Source: Rotaria sp.
Lineage: Eukaryota
Assembly (NCBI GenBank): GCA_905331525.1
Contig: CAJNZF010000223.1
Coordinates: forward strand, 82,970 to 88,545
DNA: 5,576 bases
Reading direction: 5' to 3'
This document shows, piece by piece, positions 1 through 5,576 of the stretch (position 1 is the stretch's first letter; each line of letters opens with the position of its first letter). A program made the position numbers and the translations under genes. Below the pieces are notes generated by a model. It searched no databases. It was not told the origin of the DNA and worked only from the letters and a program-made list of their open reading frames with translations.

Positions 1-327
1 AAACTTTTAATTTAGAAAAAGTAAATCGAAAATGCTGTAAGAAAACATATTGATGAGGAAACGCCAAAAAAAACTATATTCTCAAAAATTAAATTCTGAA
101 ATTAAAAGATTTCAAAACTCAATTATCTATGTGTTTTAAGACGTGATGTTTAATTAATGACTAGTTTGACATTGATTTACTTTCGTAATAAATTGAACTT
201 TTCACTCATGTTCATTCATCTTTACTCGGAATTAATCAATAAAACTTTTTTTTAACGATTTCTCAAATCAGAACTATAACAGATCTGGTCAAGTTCTATT
301 CTTTAGAAGAGTTCATTGGAATAACAA

Positions 328-342
328 ATATATATATATATA
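328..342. repeat. (AT)7 microsatellite
   Basis: atatatatatatata lies 6 nt inside the intron that follows the donor at 349-348. Confidence 0.9.
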
Positions 343-349
343 GGTTTAC

Positions 350-684
350 TTGTAATGGTCCAACAAATCCAATAATTGGTAATAGGAAACAAATTCGACA
401 AATACTAGCAACATTTCCCATAGCAAAAAAAGCTTCAGCTAAATTTTGTGAATCTCCACTATTCCAATAAAATCGATCAGCATTAAGCCAATAAAGAATA
501 TGATACGTTTTAGTAATAAGGTGTTCTCTTTCACTATTCAATGTTTCATTATAATGAATAATAGCATTCCAATAAGCTGATGAATGAAATGTAATCATTG
601 ACGTACGAGTTAAAATCATAGTTGAATAAAGAAATATAAAATATAGTATATAAAGAATATTCATTAAACAATCAACATAATTAC
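350..684 (-). CDS. TRPC-family cation channel exon: S3, S3-S4 loop, S4 (ends ...GPLQ)
   Basis: Part of minus-strand ORF 296..694. The acceptor is atgcatctag|GTAATTAT, with AG at 686-685. A+GT = Ser gives ...VYLTSH-S-NYVDCLMNILYILYFIFLY (S3-like; compare ELWNMLDFGMLAIFAASF). The exon ends AEAFFAMGNVASICRICFLLPIIGFVGPLQ (S4-like; compare [29 protein letters not shown]). The donor is CAA|GTAAAC, with GT at 349-348 (phase 0), immediately followed by an (AT)n run. The acceptor has a weak polypyrimidine tract, so this boundary is somewhat less certain. Confidence 0.8.
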
Positions 685-756
685 CTAGATGCATAATTTA
701 TTTTTTTAATATATCAAATTCAATATGTTTAACTTTTTTTATTTTATTAAACTTAC
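685..756 (-). other. Intron (72 bp, phase 1, GT-AG) of the TRPC gene
   Basis: It has a GTAAGT donor at 756 and a TAG acceptor at 687-685. Splicing removes the in-frame stop at 700-698. It aligns VYLTSHSNYVDCLMN with the E-Y-L-F-E-L-W-N-M-L-D-F region of TRPCs without a gap. Confidence 0.75.
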
Positions 757-1141
757 TATGTGATGTTAGATAAACTCGTATACCTGAACCAAATATTTGT
801 TTAATTTCTTGCCAAACAAAACCAATAACCCAAATAAAAATAGCTATTTGAAATGGATTTGGTTCCATAAAACGAAGACTAATATTACAATTAATAAGAG
901 AATGTGTATTATTATTATCATTATTATTTTTATTTGTATCTAGATTATTTAAATCATTTCTTAATTGAATATTTTCATAAATATGTTTAATATATAATTC
1001 ATAAATTGTTAAATTATAATCCGAAAGATATTTTGTTTTTTGTAAATGTGATATAGAAAAATAACTCGATGCTACAATAAGACTAATAAACGTAAGATAA
1101 GAAACAATATATGCTTTTAATTTTAAATTTGGTTGATGACA
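757..1141 (-). CDS. TRPC-family cation channel exon: S1, S1-S2 extracellular loop, S2
   Basis: Part of minus-strand ORF 698..1240. The acceptor is tttttttttttgtcttttaag|TGTCATCAA, with AG at 1143-1142 (phase 0), giving ...KIGSL|CHQPNLKLKAYIVSYLTFISLIVAS (S1-like; compare [20 protein letters not shown]). A loop follows, then FQIAIFIWVIGFVWQEIKQIF (S2-like; compare MLIISWVIGMIWAECKEIW). The donor is CAT A|GTAAGT, with GT at 756-755 (phase 1). Confidence 0.85.
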
Positions 1142-1242
1142 CTTAAAAGACAAAAAAAAAAACGAAACAATCATCTTTCGATAATCTATTAAAATAATAT
1201 GAAAAAAATAAGAAATATATTTATCATTTATATAATACATAC
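1142..1242 (-). other. Intron (101 bp, phase 0, GT-AG) of the TRPC gene
   Basis: It has a GTATGT donor, and a T-rich tract plus AAG acceptor. The ORF-track stop (TAA at 1230-1228) falls inside it. Splicing joins the pre-S1 segment to S1 at the spacing expected from TRPC homologs. Confidence 0.8.
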
Positions 1243-1877
1243 TAGTGAACCAATTTTTGATTTAGGAAAAAAATAATAAGCCAATAATAAAAATGGTAAA
1301 CAAATAATAAAAGCAAGATAAAATAATACACGTTTTGTAAGATGAGCATTTTTAATTGCTGATAAATTTTCATACCATTTTTCCATTAATTTTTGTTGAC
1401 AATTTGAATGTGATACAAATGCTTTTTCTTGATAAAGTATAGCTAAATCAAATCGAGCTAAATTTTCATATTTTTCTTCATTTGGTCGGCCAGTTTTATT
1501 TAAAACAATTTCAAGTTCTTCATGTCCACGAACATTATCAAGTAATCGTGTAACAAATATTGATAATTGATTAGATAATTTTTCATAATCTTCACGAAAA
1601 TAATGTTCAACTTTAGCAAGTGTTCGTAATTCATGACTTAATTCAAATGCTTGTAATATTGGATCAGGATATGTTAAAGATATATAAACTTCAGATGAAA
1701 GACCTTTATATGCAGATAAACGAACTTGAGCTTGACGAAATGAATCATAAGCTGAACTATCAGCACAATCAACACATGGACACATACTTGCATGTGGTTT
1801 TTTTATACGTTCACCTTTCGATAATAATTGATGAACGATTTGTAAACGATTATATTGAGCAGCAAGAATAAGTGGAG
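1243..1877 (-). CDS. TRPC-family cation channel exon: last ankyrin repeat, TRP_2/linker-helix region, pre-S1 hydrophobic segment
   Basis: Part of minus-strand ORF 1228..1893. The acceptor is ttttttgcttttttttttag|CTCCACTT, with AG at 1879-1878. Joining it to the upstream phase-1 donor gives codon A+CT = Thr and the sequence ...FSSDI-T-PLILAAQYNRLQIVHQLLSKGERIKKPHASMCPCVDC... This recreates the conserved TRPC motif (D[IV]TPIILAAH...ARIE.PHD..C.C..C). Further conserved blocks are AYKGLSSEVYISL, DPILQAFELSHEL, LARFDLAILYQEKAFVSHSNCQQKLMEKWYENLS and LPFLLLAYYFFPKSKIGSL. The donor is CTA|GTATGT, with GT at 1242-1241 (phase 0). Confidence 0.9.
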
Positions 1878-2137
1878 CTAAAAAAAAAAGCAAAAAATTA
1901 AACTCGATAAGAGATTCATTTTTTTGGTTCCGGTGAATGTACTGACTAGAAAACTACCCCAACTGAAATCTGTTGTTTGAGCTTATATTTGATTTAAAAA
2001 AAGATCACAATAAGACTAGAAAAATCCTAAGAGAGCTTGTACCTATAGATCTCTAGAGACGGATTCTGACCGTTTTACTAAACTTTCGATCCAGTTTTTA
2101 GGTGTAAATCGAAAAATCAAGTAAGACAATTTCAGCC

Positions 2138-2267
2138 TAAAATTTTACCCATAAATAGGTCTGATAATATCCTGAAAGTTTCAGTAGAAAAGAATCTCGA
2201 TAAAGCAATATTCTTTTCGGCTGAAACTTTCAGAATATTATCAGATCTATTTATGGGTAAATTTTTA
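2138..2267. repeat. 130-bp near-perfect palindrome (long hairpin / MITE-like) inside the large intron
   Basis: Position x pairs with 4405-x from 2138/2267 inward to 2195/2210. Of 58 stem positions, only 2143, 2171 and 2186 are true mismatches, and 2159 and 2185 are G:T. The apical loop is about 14 nt (ctcgataaagcaat). The core arms are aaattttacccataaataggtctgataatatcctgaaagtttcag and ctgaaactttcagaatattatcagatctatttatgggtaaattt. Confidence 0.9.
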
Positions 2268-2518
2268 TCAGTTCGGATGATTCTTTCGTCAGTCATCATA
2301 GTACCTTTTTCGATATCCTATTACCAGTATGTCACAAAATTTTGGTTGAGTACTTTACAGGAATTTTTCTTAGTACATGGCTACTGACCAGGTGCTCGCC
2401 CAGATACCTGTGCAGTTTCTATACCCTTCCATGATAAAAATTTCAACAAGTTAATGAATTAACCATTTAGAAATGATTTGTAGTCAAGTACCCTAAGTTC
2501 AATACATTCACTATGGTA

Positions 2519-2792
2519 ACTAATACCTCTCCAAAAATATAGTGGCCGTGGATATTTTTGAAATAACTCAAGAACGGAAAGAGCTAGAGAGTTGCGATTT
2601 TCATCAATTGAAAGAGGGAAAGTCGGAACGTCTTCTTTTCCAATAAAGTATAAGACGAAAACCTTTTAAAACTAAACATTTTCGAAAAACATACAAAGGA
2701 ATGTATGAAAATGCCTTTCCATCTAGATGAAATTTTGATTTTCATCTTTGATTTAGATAGAGGAACTTGAGATCCCTAGTTGAAGATGCAAT
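2519..2792. repeat. Left arm of the 274-bp inverted repeat
   Basis: actaatacctctccaaaaatatagtggccgtgg...ctagttgaagatgcaat is the reverse complement, with about 10% divergence, of 2955-3228. Confidence 0.95.
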
Positions 2793-2954
2793 ACGCTTTC
2801 TTACTTTTCATTACATTTTCGTCAAAATGTTATGCTATTATGACAAGAAGTCGAAAACTCGGTAAAAAAAACCAGCAAAATTCCCACTTGTTTGTGCATG
2901 TAAATACATGATTCGATTTGCTCAACATTAGAATGTAAGAAGAGAACCATTTGC

Positions 2955-3228
2955 ATTGTATCTTCAACTAGAGATCTCAAGTCCCTCTATCTGAATCAAA
3001 GGTCAAAATCAAAAATTCATCTAGATGGAAGATCATTTTCATACATTCTTTTGTATATTTTTCGAAAATGTTTATTTCTAAAAGGATTTCGTCTTATACT
3101 TTATTGAAGAAGAACACGTTTCGACTTCCCCTCTTTCAATTGATGAAAATCGTAACTCTCTAGCTCTTTCCGTTCTTGAGTTATTTCAAAAATACTCACG
3201 GTCACTATATTTTTGGACAGGCATTAGT
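2955..3228. repeat. Right arm of the 274-bp inverted repeat
   Basis: attgtatcttcaactagagatctcaagtccc...cacggtcactatatttttggacaggcattagt is the reverse complement of 2519-2792. Confidence 0.95.
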
Positions 3229-3263
3229 AAAACTTTCGTATGAATTCTAATGGAAAAACTTAC

Positions 3264-3693
3264 TAATATCAGAACTGAATTGTGAATCATCATAAGCTTG
3301 TGGATGCGTTGGATCAAGAAAGCCACCACAAAATGTTCGATAGGTTGGATGATTCATAATAAAATCAGCTATATTTGTATGACCCAAATAAATTGCTAAA
3401 AGAAGTGCATCACGAAACTTTTCATAAGGAATTTTATCAAGTAAAACTTTAACAACTTCAAAATGTTCATTTTCAATAGCTAATTGTAATGCACTTTTAC
3501 CCATTTTATTTGATACATCAGCTTCGACTTCATTGTCCACTAAAATTCGATGTACAAGCATATAATCTCCATGTGCACAAGCAAATAGAAATAAATCAGT
3601 TGTATCTTCAAATGTTTTATTATAATATGTACGACTAACAGAAGAAGATACAGATTCTCGATGTGAATGATTCAAAATATTATGATGACCCAT
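3264..3693 (-). CDS. TRPC-family cation channel, first coding exon in the window (N-terminus plus ankyrin repeats)
   Basis: Part of minus-strand ORF 3247..3732. The translation ...DLFLFACAHGDYMLVHRILVDNEVEADVSNKMGKSALQLAIENEHFEVVKVLLDKIPYEKFRDALLLAIYLGHTNIADFIMNHPTY... follows the ankyrin-repeat pattern of TRPC N-termini (compare MGQNALQLAVGNEHLEV...GDALLLAI in vertebrate TRPC3/6/7, recalled from memory). The 3' end is set by a consensus donor, GAT ATT A|GTAAGT, with GT at 3263-3262 (phase 1). The 5' end is placed at the ATG at 3693-3691 (MGHH...). An in-frame ATG at 3732-3730 (MIYFSRYKKK...) is an alternative start. An in-frame stop lies at 3759-3757. Confidence 0.85.
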
Positions 3694-4208
3694 ATGAATT
3701 GTTTTTTTTTTGTATCTAGAAAAATAGATCATAACAGAAAAACTATTTGAAAATACTTATCAATGTAAATTCATTATTGACATAAATATCACTATTCATC
3801 TTTAAATGAGACCATTTAAAAGCTGATTACTTTCCAAAAAAAGTCGAATGTACGCCGCTTATGATCTCTGGTAGTACTATGAAATAAGCTGATAATAGAA
3901 AAAGAACGATACTGCATAAAAAAAGAAAACTAGTAAAAATAGAGAAACAGATGATGTTTTGTTAGTTTTTATTGTACTTCATATTTTATTTTTGCCAACA
4001 ATCTGCTCAATAGTTATTTCTTTTTTTTTCCTTGGCGATAAAATTCCTGTACTTTTTTTTGTTCTTAACAACAATAAAATCTTCTCCTTGCATAGTTGTT
4101 TTATCTTACCAATTTAATCAAGTTTTTGAAAGAAATTAACTCGGCAACAAAAAAAAACGCATTGCTTCATCAAATAAATGTTTTTACCTGTCAAATAGTT
4201 TCTTTCTT

Positions 4209-4225
4209 TCTCTCTCTCTCTCTCT
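4209..4225. repeat. (TC)8 microsatellite within a pyrimidine-rich tract
   Basis: tctctctctctctctct is embedded in tttctttctttc...cttttgt (about 4197-4230). A second pyrimidine block lies at about 4295-4359. Confidence 0.9.
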
Positions 4226-5576
4226 TTTGTCGAAAGAAAACAGATCAATATAATAACCAGGAGCATTTTTATATATCTGGAAATACTATATTAACTCTCG
4301 TTTTTTTTTCTTCTTTTCTTCAAGTATCGGTACTTTCTTTTTTCTTTCTTTTTTTTTCCACTATCATGATATAGAACCAACCTACGTTGTTTGAACGCGT
4401 GCTTTCATACTAAAAAAAGATAGCAACAGAAGTTGTGCAGAGATAGTCGAGATCAAATATATATTATACTTTTATACACTACCTGTAATGAAAAAGAAAA
4501 AAAAATGTCATGACAAGTCATTAATCTTTTTCTCTTTTGCTTTTTTTTATTTTATTTTATTAACATCACTTACTCTTACAAATGTTGATTAAATTCAAAG
4601 ACAATTGTTGACATAGGTTGATTCAATATTCAATTGACTTTTTTTTTTTTCGAAGTACGACATCAAGTGATATGGTGATAGATGTAAAAGCACTTTTTTT
4701 AGATAGAATTAAAATAATTGTAGATATATATCATTCATTAGTAGCTCTATTTATGGAAATAAATAGAATATGAAGTGGCAGGTAGGCATTTTTGCTAAAA
4801 CAACCAACGTACTTAGATGAAAAATCCAGAATTTCGTGCTTGTTCAAGGAAAAAAACAGGTCTTTTTGATTTCTTTTTCATTTGTAAATATTTATTAGTT
4901 GATTCTGAGTCGGTAATTTTGCATAAAGAAAGCAAGCGGATTTTGTCAGAGCTGACTAGAAGAAAAATTCTAGCAATTGATAGAACTTGTACACAGTGTT
5001 TCATGTTGGAAAATGCCTGGGTGACTTCGGATTGTCTCCTGCAGAAAAACACAAGAAGTTGACAGGAAGGTACCTGAAAAATCCGTAGAATTTTCGACTA
5101 TAAATATTCTGTCTGACATCCATCGATTTTGAATTATTTTCTAATGGAGCCATTCTGCTAATTTACACTTGGAACGAGTCACTTGAAGATTCACAGCTTT
5201 TTAATAGAATTTTACATTAGATAAAGAAAGAAAATATAGAAACTAAGTAGAAAAAGGCATAGCCAATAAAAAAAGTATTTGCCACTTTTAGTTTGTCTAA
5301 TTACTCTTCTTAGTCGCTCAGATGATAGCGATGTTGTCCCATTCATTGGCAGTTAACTGACTTTCTATTTGTGCATAAATGTTTGTTTTTCATCGATTTT
5401 GACTTTGAAACACGATGATATTGTTGTAGATGTCATTGAATCCAATACACGTACACAGTGAAAATCAATACCTACCGTATTGTTGACTGGATCAATGACT
5501 AAGTCATGTTCGTCATCATTTTTTTTTGATCATCTTGATTGATAGTGTCTTTAAGACTCGATTCATCAGATTTAGT

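Larger units (their letters stand above)
2519..3228. mobile_element. Foldback-type inverted-repeat element (non-autonomous, no ORF) inside the large intron
   Basis: Positions x and 5747-x are complementary across 2519-2792 versus 3228-2955, with no net indel. I counted about 26 mismatches in 274 bp by eye, or about 90% identity. Weaker complementarity continues into the 162-bp spacer (ctttcttac / cttcttac). There is no coding capacity. The inverted repeat itself is certain. Calling it a transposable element is inference. Confidence 0.6.
1878..3263 (-). other. Intron (1386 bp, phase 1, GT-AG) of the TRPC gene, containing two inverted-repeat elements
   Basis: It runs from donor GTAAGT at 3263 to a poly-T tract plus AG at 1879-1878. 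Removing it restores the frame and the conserved DITP(L/I)ILAA motif. There is no long ORF inside. Confidence 0.85.

Noticed and set aside
12-95. Possible next TRPC exon (NLIFENIVFFGVSSSICFLTAFSIYFF, then a stop) after acceptor tttaatttcag
   Set aside because: It lacks the conserved ISLGR S4-S5 linker, ends in a stop with no usable donor, and its similarity to S5 is only general hydrophobicity. It is kept as a low-priority check in the findings, not as a feature.
296-349. Tails of the track ORFs beyond the splice sites: VNLYIYIFVIPMNSSKE at 296-349, plus 698-756, 1142-1240, 1228-1242, 1878-1893, 685-694 and 3247-3263
   Set aside because: These are intronic read-through up to the first stop, or back to a chance ATG. 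Conservation stops exactly at GT or AG signals, and the 296-349 tail translates an (AT)n microsatellite.
1620-1871. Plus-strand ORF of 83 aa (MFVIHDLIQMLVILDQ...)
   Set aside because: It lies entirely antisense to the strongly supported TRPC exon 1243-1877. It is a typical shadow ORF with no recognisable motifs.
2074-2093. Similarity between actaaactttcga (2078-2090) and gtaaaactttcgta (3227-3240), possibly outer termini of a larger nested element spanning both hairpins
   Set aside because: The match is only about 10 nt and in direct orientation, and it is not supported by any flanking similarity.
2200-2302. Box C-like ATGATGA on the minus strand (plus tcatcat at 2296-2302) with downstream CTGA motifs, suggesting an intronic C/D snoRNA
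   Set aside because: The candidate D boxes fall inside the palindrome arm. There is no terminal stem or guide-like region, and short motifs like these are expected by chance in AT-rich DNA.
4096-4374. Plus-strand ORF of 92 aa (…FFLSLSLFCRKK…FFSSFLQVSVLSFFFLFFSTIMI)
   Set aside because: It is a translation of the (TC)n and poly-T pyrimidine tracts. The product is a low-complexity F/L/S artefact and the ORF has no start context or homolog features.
5121-5402. 12-nt direct repeat catcgattttga at 5121-5132 and 5391-5402
   Set aside because: About one exact 12-mer recurrence is expected by chance in a 5.6-kb window, and more with AT bias. The flanks do not extend the match.
5495-5507. Short palindrome atgact-a-agtcat (also tgtcatgaca at 4506-4515), possibly a bZIP-like binding site
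   Set aside because: Arms of 5-6 bp are at chance level, and nothing in the context supports a regulatory call.
5499-5576. Minus-strand frame open from the window edge to TAG at 5501-5499 (TKSDESSLKDTINQDDQKKMMTNMT), possibly the 3' end of an upstream gene
   Set aside because: It spans only 25 codons. A stop-free run of this length is not rare by chance, and no motif or polyadenylation evidence ties it to a gene.
1-5576. Prokaryotic-style novel system (defence island, CRISPR, operon, toxin-antitoxin, integron)
   Set aside because: The coding sequence is interrupted by canonical GT-AG spliceosomal introns and encodes a metazoan-type TRPC channel. There are no direct-repeat/spacer arrays, no Shine-Dalgarno-linked gene clusters, and no other intact ORFs.

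Overview
This window is AT-rich eukaryotic (metazoan-type) nuclear DNA, not a prokaryotic locus. I see no CRISPR array, operon structure, rRNA or tRNA gene, or defence-type system. The minus strand carries the 5' part of a TRPC-family (canonical transient receptor potential) cation channel gene. Four coding exons (3693-3264, 1877-1243, 1141-757, 684-350) are joined by GT-AG introns of 1386, 101 and 72 bp, and the intron phases are consistent. Together the exons encode the N-terminal ankyrin repeats, the TRP_2/linker-helix region with a ...SHSNCQQKLMEKWYENL motif, the pre-S1 hydrophobic segment, and S1-S4 ending in ...GPLQ. The S4-S5 linker, pore, S6 and TRP box are not found in the remaining 349 bp, so the gene most likely runs off the left edge. 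The structure the gene model does not explain lies in the 1386-bp intron. It holds a 710-bp foldback inverted repeat (two 274-bp arms, about 90% identical by eye, with a 162-bp spacer) and a separate 130-bp near-perfect palindrome. Both look like non-autonomous foldback/MITE-type insertions and would fold into long dsRNA hairpins in the pre-mRNA. Positions 3733-5576, upstream of the gene, are low-complexity non-coding DNA with homopolymer runs, a (TC)n repeat and pyrimidine blocks. That stretch also contains a less AT-rich island that is stop-free on both strands and has no recognisable product. The source organism cannot be determined from the sequence alone.
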